The notes under the pieces: generated by a model
Told to the model about the DNA's origin: nothing
What the model saw: the letters and a program-made list of their open reading frames with translations, nothing else
The model's database searches: none
Shown here: positions 1 to 12,011 of the stretch, one piece after another
Layout of the letters: the number at the start of each line of letters is the position of its first letter
Numbering within the stretch: the stretch's first letter is position 1
Source of the DNA: Vairimorpha necatrix
Lineage: Eukaryota
Length of the DNA: 64,000 nucleotides
Assembly: GCA_036630325.1 (NCBI GenBank)
Contig: CP142731.1
Span: 868,001-932,000, forward strand
Direction of reading: 5' to 3'
Translations under genes and position numbers: made by a program

Positions 1-719
1 CTTTAATGTTGCTAGGACTTTAATAAGATGCCATGCTTCGTAGCGCCTTTTAGTAAACTACTTTTAAATTTTATATTAAATTTAGCAGTGTTTGCAAAAA
101 TTACAAACATTGGTGTGCCTCCAAATAAAATATCAACAATACAACTTATGTTTGTTTATATGACCCGATTGACAGACTTTAGGATGAGTCTGACAGACAT
201 TTAAAAAAAATGAAAGATAATACTTACGAAATATGGCAGTGTGCAAAAGCACTACCATTACAGTAAGAATTTTTATTATTGTATGCTTTTTTTGTAACTT
301 CATAAGAATCAATTTTAAAGCAAAATTTTTTTTAATGACTATGGAAAAGTATATGTACTCTCCAGCCAAAAAATTATTAAATTTAACTTTTAGCATGAAT
401 GTCAAGTTTTAACAATTTTATAGAAAGCTGCTTTTTGTTATTTTGTGAAAAATTTTTACTTGTACATGAAGTTTTTTTGAATTTTACAATAAAGTAGAAA
501 TTGTGCTTTTTTTTTAAAGCTGTCAAAATATGTTATTTTTTATTATTGTTTTAGAATCATTGTATGCCTTTAAGTTTTACAAATGTTTATAGATACATCA
601 TTAATCAACAAATCCATCATTCATTTCTTTACTTTATCATATGACTATATAATTTAACCTTCAAAATTTAATAAAATTAAAAAATAATTATAAATTAAAA
701 AAAAATATTTTTTGACCCT

Positions 720-1340
720 ATGAAAATTATATTATTTTACGTTATTTTTGTTGTAAAGGACTGCAACTAGTATTAAACCAACATTATGATAAAATTTTTA
801 ATGACATACATCAAATAAATTACTGTGTAATTGACAGTGGAAAGCAATACTTGATAGTAAATGTGTCTATTGATATTGAATCGCATATTTAGTTTTATAT
901 GAAATATAGACATGAAACCAACAGAGTATCTTGTAAAAAATTTATACCTTTCACGTTTGAACTGCAATTATATAAAAAGAAGACATAATATATAGTCTGA
1001 TATTTTGAAAACGGTAATTTAGTAGGAACATAAAAGGTAGCAAAACTTTCATAATTTTAATTTATGATCAAAAAATAATATAACTGCAATCCATTATATG
1101 AAATGATATTCAATTCCATGAAAGATTCGAATGAGGAAATAAAAATAATTTGAACGTGCATCGCATTTGTATTATGAAAAATTTATTTAAAAAGGAGAAA
1201 TATGGGGCAGAATTTATTCAGCAATTGCCTTCGATAGTCATGATTGCAATGATGCTAGCATTACCCCAATGTTTCCTATATCATTCGTAAAAAATAACGA
1301 TATAAGAGCTATTATTTTTTCTATAAAATTAGATAACTTA
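720..1340 (+). pseudogene. Possible decayed gene for a secreted protein
   Basis: CCCT precedes an ATG at 720 that reads MKIILFYVIFVV (signal-peptide-like), stops after 16 codons, and is followed by broken coding-like fragments in other frames. No homolog recognised; the end point is approximate. Confidence 0.25.
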
Positions 1341-3847
1341 TATTTTTTCTTTGAAGTAAATATAAATTAACTTGACTTGAGTAATGTTATGTTTTATATC
1401 GAGATAAGGACACTACATGGTGCCGCAGTCGACAGAAAACTTAGTTTACATTACCATAAATTGTTTAAAAACTTTTTATTAATGACCTCAATATAGAATT
1501 TAAACAACCTAATATAAGTTTTTTTAGAATTAATGCTATTACTTTTTTGAAGTTTTCTAATTTAAAATTGAGTTAAAAAATAACAAAATAATTTTTACGT
1601 AACTCATGAAGAATATTTTTATAAATTTGTGACAAATGATAGTACAAATTTCAATGAACCCTTTATTAATAAGTCTTGTTTTCCGAATTTAAAATTTTTG
1701 TGGAAGTTTATCTCATAGGAAAAAGAGAAAGAGTATATATAATATATAAACTGCTTTATATGATATTTGACAGAGAAAAAAATAGATTTTTTATTAGAAA
1801 ACATTATTCTTAATCAAAAAACGCCATTAAACATTTTTGTGCTCACTTTTTATGCAGACAAATAATACATAAATTTGAGTTGAATAAAAATATAGGAAAA
1901 GATGAACTAGACGATCAAGAAAGAAATAACCAAAAAAAATAATGGGACACGTACCGACGTCTTATACACTTAAGTTTTGCATATTATTAAGGCTGAAAAG
2001 TTTATTAATAAAACTATGTTAATAATGGGTTGTTATTCGACACTTTGAAAAAATAGGGATTCTTATTGTGTCAAAAGAGAAGAAAACAATATTAGTAAGA
2101 TGAATAATTATTTGGAACAAAAAAAAGCAAATATATATTTAATAGATATATATATATATATATCAGGAATTTAAAAGTATTATTTTAAAAATGTTTATGA
2201 TTCTAAAAAAGAAGTTGCAGAGTGTATTATGAAATTAATTTTGTTATATATAGGAGCCGAAAATATCATTTTTAATGAATTCGGAAATAAATTTTATGTA
2301 AATCAAAATGAAATTAAAGTGGCGTTAGAATTTACTGAGCACGAAATAAATGATAACAATGAAATTATTGTAGAATAATTATATAATAATTGTCGTATTG
2401 ATCGTATGAAAAAAGCAAAAAATTCTTTGAAATATAGATTAAAACAGATAGAAATGGAAATTAATGTTGCATTCTTAGTTAAGACTGGCTTTGTAGTAAA
2501 TTTTGATGCAAGAGTAAACAATATCTTAAAAAAAAAACCATTGCAATATTTAGTATAAGTTTAAAAAAATTATAAATATGAGGCTTTTCATAAAAATGTT
2601 GATAATCTATATGATATGGAATAGGAACAGAATTTGAAAATAAATTAATGAAAAAAGCTTTTAAAGATCTCAATAATGTGTGGCATTGTGATGTTATTAT
2701 GAAAGAATTATTCAAAGAAATAACAATAATCAAAGAAGATTTAATTTTTGAACATAAGAAAAAACAAGTGAATATTTTCATAAAACATAAAAACCAATAT
2801 AATGAAAAATTTAGCAAATAATAAAGAAAAGCAGTAAATGAATGCTTTTAAGGATCTTTTTATAAGCGATAGTAGGTCTGATATAATTTTTTAAGGTAAG
2901 TGTGAAAATAATCTATTTAAATGCGTTTAATGTTTATAATAAAATTTTGTTCGAAGCTTTTAAAGGAAAATTGGGGGTTTGAATTGCATAATGATTTAGT
3001 AAAATTTATAGATATAAAATATAATCATGACTAAATAAATCATATGATTCCAATGTTTTTTTTTTTTTTTTTGGGGGGGGGGGGTATTTTGGCAAAAGTT
3101 TTCATAAAAAGTATCACTCTAAGATTGATAAAATTAAATGCCTTTATTTTTATGTATTCCTCTGGACTCTCTTATAGCTCTGTAGGGGTTCACATATCCG
3201 AACATTCTTTACGTATTTTTTTCATCATCCTTATATCGCCCTTTTTTTTTAAAAATCTGTTTTTAAAAAATAAATTCCTAAAAATTCATTTTTTGGCAAA
3301 AAAGGAAAAAGTGAAGTTTTAAAGAATATTATTCTATGACATACTATTATGTCAATCTTGTTAATAATCTGGGCTTTATATTTTACAATTTATAGATCAA
3401 GCATTGACTTGAGTATTATAAATTCATAAATTTCCAAATGGTCACTGAAGTTATTCTACCGTTTTTTTGTTATGTATAAAGAATTGGGAGAAGGTCTTTT
3501 CTGACTTATGACTTTTTTAAATGTATTTTAACTTCTCCTGTATTCCATATATTTGCTCAGAATTCTTATTAAGAATAAATGATAGTATTTACGCCTAATT
3601 CCTTGAACTTATTTTTTTGTTTATTATAAGCAATTTACTTCCATAAAAGTCGTTATAAAAACACATAGACCATTGATTTAGTTTAAATAAATATCCTAAC
3701 GTAGCAGTTAATTGTGCTTTGAAATGTTTTGGCATAATTATATTTACTAAAACGTAAAATTTTATTCTTAATATTTTATTTATTTTGTTTTTTAAAATTG
3801 GAATTTTTTCAAGTTGTTTAAAAAAACAATTTCAGTACTACATTTTC

Positions 3848-4640
3848 GGGGTGCCCTTAGCACAGTGGTAGAATGCAATGCTTCCATTGAGCAATGGCTG
3901 GGTTCGATTCCCGGGGGCACCAAAATTGTTTCTACTTTCTATGATGCAGTTGGAACAACTCAGATGATGAAAATGTCCACGATAATCATTAAGTTGATTC
4001 AATGAAACTTGTGTGTGTCCAGCCACGGGGGGATTAGCATCTAGTGTAGAAACGCACCTCAAAGCCAAAAAAACAGTATCACCCCTGTGGTGACTTAATG
4101 ATACATAAATGAATCTAATGGGTACGGCCCAGTTTGAGCCCATGGCTGGTGCACTCTAGAGTGGGATCCTAGAACTAACTAAGAGACTAGACGAAGTAGG
4201 GCAATAGAAGGTCTCGTGGACCCTATCCTACATGATTCTGTAACACGGTGGCCGAAACTAGTGGGAGACAGTGGTCAACGTAGCCCAATAAAAACGCCGG
4301 GCTGGTGATGTGGTCGTGTAAGGAGCCGTGTGTGCAATGTGGATGCTTGTAGATACCTTTGAGTCAGTACGATGATGTCTCTCCTCGGGTTTAAATAGCC
4401 ATCCCCGTTTAGTATATCCGCTGTGAGGTCACTCTGGACGCGATTTGAGGTATAAATGGAAAGTGTTCTCCTGGAGCCAAAGTCCAATGGATACGGCGGA
4501 GCTTGCTGCAACTGGCAAGTTGTATGGTGGGAGTTTTAGTGAGTATGAATCTCATAGTACCAGTTGGATGAGGATCACATTCAAATCCCTCTGGTCCCTA
4601 TGTAAGGTTTCTCCCTACCTCTTACTTTCAAGAAAAAAAA
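3848..4640 (+). mobile_element. tRNA-derived SINE-like element, copy 1
   Basis: tRNA-like head at 3850-3922 (GGTGCCC/GGGCACC stem, A box TAGCACAGTGG, B box GGTTCGATTCC), ~720-bp body, A-rich tail, 14-bp direct repeat TCAGTACTACATTT at 3832-3845 and 4641-4654. Homologous copies at 23.2 kb and 51 kb. Confidence 0.85.
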
Positions 4641-6004
4641 TCAGTACTACATTTCGAGTAATTAAAACAAGACCAATTTTAGTGCTGATCAACCAAATTA
4701 AACCTTTTACATGCTTAAATGAAAAGTGACTTATGTCGACTATGTCAAGCTTTAAGAAATAAATGTATTATGTAAACATCGAATACAAAAAAATTCTAGC
4801 AGTTAATCAGGATATGGTTTTTCATAGCGTCGCATAAATTTAAAAAAGTCTGAAGTTTAAAAATATATAGAAACTATAGGTCTTATGAAAAATTAATTTA
4901 CATTTTAAGGATTGTATAAAGGTATTAAGTAAATCTCCATACACATTATTAAGTGAAATTTTCATATATCTTTTAACTAGGTAAAAACTCTCCACAATCA
5001 TTTTCTCAACGAAATATTGTATACAAGTAAAAGGCGTTCGGATTGTAAAAATTTACTACTAGCTGTTAATTCTTTGAGGATTTTCATTTACTTAGTTTAA
5101 AAAATTTAATAAAGAAGAATTATTTGGTAATATAGAGCTAATAATGAGCAGAGAGCATGATTACAAAAAGTATTGGTTTAAAATTGAAGTATATTAAAAG
5201 TGCAAGTAAATGATGAGTAACATTTGAGATATATACAGGAATATTTTTATTTTATGGTGTAACAATAATAAATTAAGTGCTCTTATTATATTGACTGATG
5301 TAATTAAATAAAATCTTTATTTTACTTCACTAATTCACAAAATGTTTTATTATTGTTGGCATTTGATATAAATGGTGTTAATTTGTTAATTTCCATATTC
5401 GAATAGTATCTATATTATTGATCGTTATGAGTCAGAATCTTATAGATTTACAATTAGTAATGATGGTTTTTCTTCTGGATTTAATCAATAATCAAAAATT
5501 TATCCATTCCTATCGACAGGCGATCTTCCCTGAAATTAATAATAAATGCAATTCATTTATTAAACACAACATTTATCTACAAAAATATATACGCAAATTG
5601 TTTCAATAAATATTAGTATGTTAGATTAAGCACTTTCAATAGATTAATACTATTTGTGTGATTTAACATTTAAATAAAAACTAATAAATATATTTTGAAA
5701 GTTAATAGTGTTAGTTTTTCTAACACGGATCTTTTTTTTATAAACACAAATGTGTGTTTTTTTGCCTTTTGTCATATAGCCTGAATTAATTATAAACCAG
5801 TATAAAAAGAACACCAAGGTCTAAGCACAAAGCAAATAAACTGTTTAGTGTTAATTTTATGGCCTTTACATTTTTTAAACTATTCATTTTATATTTTTCT
5901 TGTATATTAATTATCCTTTAATAATATATAATATTTTTAAATAATTTATGCGATGGTCGAATTTTAATCATAAAATTGGAAACCACCACTTTATATAATG
6001 ATGG

Positions 6005-6832
6005 TTATGCAACCTCATATGATCCATCAAATGCATTTAGTTTTTCTATTTTTCTGGTTATATTTATTCTAATCAAGAACAATATTACTATTAAAGTATA
6101 ACATGATTCTAATATATACAAAAGAACTAAAACATAGATCTTGAAAAAACATAAAAGTATTATTATATAGGAAAATAAAAAAATCCACAAAGTTATTATT
6201 AATATGTATGAAAAAATGTACACATCTTCTTTATCAATTTTGCTATTGTAAACAATATAGTCTATGACCAAACATACAAAATTTATAGCATGAGATACAT
6301 AAAATAAGTGCCTTTCGTTTGTAAAAAAATCTTGCATTATTAAGAAAGTTTGAAAAATCAAAGTTGCTTTTTTACTCGTACTAATCATTTCTTCGACAAT
6401 ATAAAGTTTAAATTTTAAATAATCAATACCTGCTCGTTTATTGTACATATGATAAACTACCTGATTATCTTCATTCATTGTAAGCACCAAAAAAATTATT
6501 GTTATACAATTTACTACAATAGCGATTACAATTTCTGGAACAAATTCATTTATGATACCTAAAAAAATAACAAATAGAAATGAAAATCCTCTACAAAGCA
6601 AAATTTGTAATCTAAAAGCCATACTTTTTATAAAGTAAAATCCGGAATAAAAAGCCATTTCCATAATAAATAAAAATTTTGTAAATGTTAATAAATATTT
6701 TGATAATAGTGTTTCATAATCCTTTCGTCTATGAGAATGCTGATGGTTTAATGCATATTTACTTATTAACATATCTAAAATTAGACTTGAAAAATAAAGA
6801 GTCAGATAAATCACGTGTTCCAAAAATTTCAT
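6005..6832 (-). CDS. Multi-pass (7-8 TM) membrane protein, family member 1 (subfamily A)
   Basis: 275-aa ORF with repeated hydrophobic segments, CCCC upstream of ATG, and family motifs SKYLL, MExxFYSGFYFIK and YNKRAGxD shared with the other paralogs. Confidence 0.9.
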   Translation of the reverse strand: MKFLEHVIYLTLYFSSLILDMLISKYALNHQHSHRRKDYETLLSKYLLTFTKFLFIMEMAFYSGFYFIKSMAFRLQILLCRGFSFLFVIFLGIINEFVPEIVIAIVVNCITIIFLVLTMNEDNQVVYHMYNKRAGIDYLKFKLYIVEEMISTSKKATLIFQTFLIMQDFFTNERHLFYVSHAINFVCLVIDYIVYNSKIDKEDVYIFSYILIITLWIFLFSYIIILLCFFKIYVLVLLYILESCYTLIVILFLIRINITRKIEKLNAFDGSYEVA

Positions 6833-8622
6833 TGGGGATAATATAAGAAATAAAATTTTTTAAATGTCATAACAAAAATTTAACTTTTTTTTATACTGCA
6901 TATTATGCTGTTATTTCAGTATAAAATGTGATTAATGTGGATTTAAGGATATTTTACTATCGAATACGAAATTCGATTTACATTTTCTATTTTCGTTTAA
7001 TGGATTTAATAAGGCATTTAGTTCTTAGGTTTTTTTAAAAGTTCTTTTTACTTAAATGTTAATAAAATATTCAATAGTATTACATATAGTCTATGACATA
7101 ACGTTGAGTAATTTTATGTGATATAATTGACATTTTAAACAAACATTCGTTTTTTATCCATATAATCAAATTTTCTGGTTTAAAACTAGTATATTATACA
7201 AATTAATACAATTCCTTTCATTTCTTCATATGAAGATAAACGTGCATGATCTTAAGTCTATAAAATTTTATGTGAAGATCATCACTAAACTTTGCTATAA
7301 GTGTTGAGTTTTAAAGATCTCTATCACTGCATTTATCGGGGACCTCAATACATCAAAGTTTTATTAAATGGTATGACTACATGTAAAGATATAAAATGTT
7401 GTAAAATAGGTGTATACATTAATTGTTTTTGTGTAATTTATGAACATATTGCTAAAATAAAGTAAATCATATTTTTTAATTGTAATAATGTATGCAAATT
7501 TTGTTTTTATTTACATTTAGAAACATGTTAATAGGAGTGTTGCAGAATATATAATAAATATTGAATGTGCTATTAAATATTATTTAAATAGTGAATTTGA
7601 AATTTTAGTATCTAGTATTATGTTTGTTAAATCAAATGACAACGATTTATTTGTTATTATATATTAACCAAGTATTTATCTATTTAATTTATAAGAGAAA
7701 AGTATAAATTTTAACATCGTTGTACGAAGTAATCAAAGTGTTGAACATTCAAGGCTTAGTTCAAAATTATAATATTGTACAAATGATAAAAAATTATACA
7801 TAAATTACTATAATAAACCTATTTCATGCCATATTTGATTTATAAATTAGTTTAGGTGTAACCTGAACTATATAAAATAATAAATGTGCAAGATTTAATA
7901 TGGGTACCATGATAATGTTTGTTTTATAACAATAAAATACAGTACAAATAAAAATAAATTCTGAACCAAAAGGCAACAGTGTGTAATTGCATTTATATTT
8001 TTAAGTTAGGTATCGTAGGCTTTTTACTTGTTATAAATTCCATCTTCCTATACAATTTAAATGAAAAATTAATCAACGTCATAAAATTATTCTGCTTATA
8101 AAATGGTCAAGAACAAAAATCAGGGATTCTAATAGATACATTCAACTAGAAATATAATTAAAACATAACATTATTACTTTTGATTATCGCAAAATATTGA
8201 AATTTTCAACGAGGTCACCTATTATTTTTTCCTTTGTGCTTATAAAACTGTCTCGCATCCAATTCCCGGATATTTTCCTAAAAATTGCACCCCGATTTAG
8301 TTTAAGAAATTTGATATTAGTTTTGACAATGTTTAATGCATAACTTTTATTTTATCTTGATTGGCTCATTTCTATACAAGTCTCGTGGCTTGTCGACAAA
8401 AGTATGACAATGATGAATTAGTTTTATTAGACAAAATAAAAAATGAAATGATGATAAAAGTTGGAACACTACTAATAACCTTATACTTGTATAAAAAGTG
8501 AAGCTAATAAGGATGATGTTCTAATCGACAAATTTCCTTGATATATTCAAATTTGAGTTTGTATAAGTATCAATATGGAAGATCATAATTACATATTGTT
8601 GGACGATTTTTCAAATAAACAA

Positions 8623-10424
8623 TGTCGCAGTTAGTAGAGGGAACCAGTTAGTAGAGGGAACCCTAAAAAAGAGCTCTGTGGGGATCGAACCCAGGACCTC
8701 TCGAAGAAAACAAAATTTACTAAAAAAGGAAAAAAAAATATTATTAAGAAAATACAGTAACATTATCCTTCAATTTTTAGTAAATAATTTTTTGTTTTGT
8801 GGGGTTATGAGAATAAAAATGGACAATGATAAAAGACAAGAAGTTTATAATTTTTTTATTATATGGTCAGCTGCCACCAACGTTGTTGGACAAAGTTGAT
8901 CGTAAAAATTTTAAAAGAAAAGCTGAACGTTTCATGTTGTTTGAAGAAAACAACAATGGAAGTTTTGAACTAACTGTGAGGTTTAAAGTAGATCAATATA
9001 GATCATTGAGATTCTTTACAACCAATGAGCAGCGTTTCAAACTGGATTTCATCAAACTGATTCATGTTTCTAATGGACATCCTGGGCGTGACAGATTGTA
9101 TCCATTGTTACAATCAAAAGTATACGACGTTACTCAAAACGAAGTACTGAGAGTTTTGAAAAGTTGTGATATTTGTCAAGCAAGAAGAAACCTAATAACT
9201 AGACCAGTTATTAGACCAATCATTTCAAAATATCCTAGAGAAAGGTATATTGCTGATTTGATTGATCTTCGATTGTATCACGAACTCAATGATGGGTATA
9301 AATGGTTACTTAACGTAGTGGATTCATTTACCAAGTTCTGTTGGACGGTTCCATTGCGTGACAAAACTGGCATTAGTGTGCGTGATGCCTTTGAAACACT
9401 ATTCAATACGTTTGGATCTTGTTTTATACTTCATACCGACAACGGTAGAGAATTTGTTAATCAATATATCGTGAATTTATGTGTAAAGTATGAAATAAGA
9501 CATGTAAGAGGAAGAGCTAGATGTCCTTGGATACAAGGACAGATAGAACGATGCAATCAAACAATAAAATGGATGATTGCATCTACTCTGAGGTCGAAGA
9601 ATATCTTAGGGCAATGGTCCATAGTACGCCAAGAAGTTACCTGGGCATATAACAACTTAAGGCATTCAACAACTAAACAAACTCCATTCAGTTTAATGTT
9701 TGGTAAGCCCATTAAAGACATAATGCAAGAATCTAGAATCACTGATATAATAGATTCGGTTGCAAATAACGACGAAGTTGAAAATGAGGAAGAAGCACGA
9801 AGAGAAGAATTTGTTTTTGAAGAAAATAACGTCGTAAATTACGAAGAACTATATGCTTTAAACAATGAAAATCTTTTTTTAAATGAAATTTACCACGAAT
9901 CTGCACGGTTTAATACTCAAAATGCTGCTAATAGAATGATTGAAAGAAGTATGTGGAGAAATGACTTTTACGAATATAAATTGGGAGATAGGGTTCTTAT
10001 AAGACCATATTTAGACAATAATCAAAGTACTAGAAGGCTTCCTCTATACGAACATTTGGATGTCGATGTATATATTGTAATGGATATACTTCAATTTAAT
10101 AAAGTAAAGTTATCTAAAGAAGCTGATCCATTGGTTATTATAGAAGAAATTTACACTAGAGATCTAAGATTGCTTGATAACGAATAAATTTTTTAAAAAG
10201 TTGTTTATTTTATTTTTTTATTTCTTTTCCCTCCAAATTTATATAAAATTACTCGAAATATACCCCATAATATAATTAGGACAAATTTAGAACCGTCTCA
10301 AAAAAGTCGTTCATTGTGATTGTATTCCTTCGAGAAGTCCCAAGTTCGATTCCCACGGGGGTCTTTTTTAATAAATTTTTTTAGGGTTCCCTCTACTAAC
10401 TGGTTCCACCAACTAACTGTGACA
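8623..10424 (+). mobile_element. Ginger/TDD-like DNA transposon (Gypsy-type integrase, TIRs)
   Basis: TGT...ACA ends; imperfect TIRs of ~85-95 bp containing a tandem CAGTTAGTAGAGGGAAC unit; 5-bp TSD AACAA (8618-8622, 10425-10429); one integrase ORF and no RT. Confidence 0.85.
8826..10187 (+). CDS. Integrase-type (rve) DDE transposase
   Basis: HHCC motif (HVSNGH...CDIC) and catalytic core ADL / HTDNGREF / GQIERCNQTIK. The true start may be ATG 8819 with a frameshift in the T7 run at 8851-8857. Confidence 0.9.
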   Translation: MIKDKKFIIFLLYGQLPPTLLDKVDRKNFKRKAERFMLFEENNNGSFELTVRFKVDQYRSLRFFTTNEQRFKLDFIKLIHVSNGHPGRDRLYPLLQSKVYDVTQNEVLRVLKSCDICQARRNLITRPVIRPIISKYPRERYIADLIDLRLYHELNDGYKWLLNVVDSFTKFCWTVPLRDKTGISVRDAFETLFNTFGSCFILHTDNGREFVNQYIVNLCVKYEIRHVRGRARCPWIQGQIERCNQTIKWMIASTLRSKNILGQWSIVRQEVTWAYNNLRHSTTKQTPFSLMFGKPIKDIMQESRITDIIDSVANNDEVENEEEARREEFVFEENNVVNYEELYALNNENLFLNEIYHESARFNTQNAANRMIERSMWRNDFYEYKLGDRVLIRPYLDNNQSTRRLPLYEHLDVDVYIVMDILQFNKVKLSKEADPLVIIEEIYTRDLRLLDNE

Positions 10425-10831
10425 AACAATAATTACAGACAGTCGTCTAGAAATATATCTAATCCCCTTCCCCTGAGGATAATGTTAAAAGTATTTATTA
10501 AGAAACAGCAGGCCCAGAAACGATAGAAGCGACGAGGAATGAAAAAAGATTGATAATTATATATATAAAATGAATTAGAACTTTATAGAAAAATAAAAAA
10601 GATATCCTATTAATGTGATGCAACAATAAAATAAGCATAATAGAAATACTTATTTGAGAAAAACAATTTTCTTCCTAGATCTTATTTTTATATATTCAAT
10701 TTATATAGAAAATTTGACATCGTATCTATATTGCTAAGTATTTTAACCGAACTGACCTGTAATGTTCAAAACTATGATTTTTGACATGTATAAATTAGAA
10801 TATAATCTAACAATGCATTTATTAAATCTTT

Positions 10832-12011
10832 GGCGCTATTAGGAAAATCGCCCCCTTAAAAAAATAATTATTTTTTATTTAGAAAATTTTATTTGATAAC
10901 TATGCATTTTTGTTATTGTTGAGCAAATGCACGAGGAATTGAATATTTTTTCTATATTGGCAATGTCTCTTACGCCAAAAAAATTCTTCCAAAAATTTAG
11001 CGATACGGTCATGATTTAATCCACTTCTTTTTCTATAATCGTGTTTATAGTGGGACCATAAATTGTCAATCTGATTTATATGTCCTCCCTCGTTGTTTAC
11101 AAACCCAATGCTATGATTTACTATCTCATGCTCAGATCCAAAATTGGCCACTGCTTTGGGGTATGATGGGTATCCATCAGTAACAAGAATAGTTCCAGGA
11201 AGTAAATGTTTTAAAACGCTTCTAGTAAAGTTTCATGCTTTCTGTTAGGAATTAATGAAACAAAAAAATTAGTTCCATAACCTTCTACAACTCCTCCAAG
11301 TATCCACTGTATATTAGGAGTATCGTCGTGTAGAGATGACGGAATATCAATCACCAAGCCATTGCATATTGCAGTTTCATCGACTTGTACCCTTATATTT
11401 TCTCTCCTATCTGTGCTATATCGAAAGGAGTCTCGCTTATAATGTCCATTAGAATGTTTTTAAATTCAATGTATGGGGATTCGGCTATTTTACAAAAATT
11501 GATAGCTTGATAATTTGAGTAAGAAAAGATCCAACAATATAAACACCTCAAATGTTATTTATATTCTATAGTCAATTTTATTAAATTTTGTGCTTTTTTT
11601 CAAACTATATTTTCTTTTGCACCTTTTTATTGTACATCTGTACCCCTTCCCATCAATAAAGGAAGAAACACTAGCAATTGACATGTTTCCATGACATGAT
11701 TTTGAGACACATGGAATGGTAGGCTTTATTATTCCCAATTCTACCAGAAGGGCAATTGCGAGATCATTATCTTGGAATATAGGATTCCAAGGGTCAAGTT
11801 CTCCTACCTTTTCCAGTATTCTTCCTAACATGAAGAGCAAGAAAAATGTGAAAGAAAAGTGAAAAAAGACCATTGCTTTGAAAATCGCACCCCTAGTAAA
11901 AAATTTGCAAGAAAGTACAAAATCGAGAGATTTTTTTTATTTTAAAGAAATAATAATTTTTTTTTCTATGCATGTTTTAGTAAGGGGGGATGCGATTTTC
12001 CTAGTAACGCC
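10832..12011 (-). mobile_element. Decayed Merlin (ISXO2/IS1016-like) DNA transposon, copy 1
   Basis: TIRs GGCGCTATTAGGAAAATCGC / GCGATTTTCCTAGTAACGCC; broken transposase with a Cys-rich N-terminus, VQVDETAI, TDGYPSY and VNHS..FV..EGGHINQIDNLWS motifs. No clean TSD. Confidence 0.85.

Noticed and set aside
1850..2900. Purine-rich coding-like plus-strand tract
   Set aside because: Possibly a decayed gene, but it has many stops and no recognisable motif; the minus-strand ORFs are its shadows.
3056..3084. T run followed by G run inside a 92-aa ORF
   Set aside because: Low-complexity sequence; the ORF is not credible.
3850..3922. Functional tRNA gene
   Set aside because: Irregular anticodon arm and no terminator after the cloverleaf; it is the head of a TSD-flanked repeat.
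4324..4360. GAGCCGTGTG resembling the start of group II intron domain V; hammerhead-like fragments in the SINE
   Set aside because: The complementary 3' half of domain V is missing, and no ordered CUGANGA...GAAA core is present.
3814..4729. Short ORFs inside SINE copies (also 23668-23874 and 50937-51131)
   Set aside because: Starts and stops are not conserved between copies; the peptide similarity only reflects DNA similarity.
8357..8511. Imperfect inverted repeat pair (MITE-like)
   Set aside because: Degenerate, no TSD, and no second copy in the window.
8628..8662. Tandem 17-bp repeat as CRISPR-like
   Set aside because: Two adjacent units with no spacer; part of a TIR in eukaryotic DNA.
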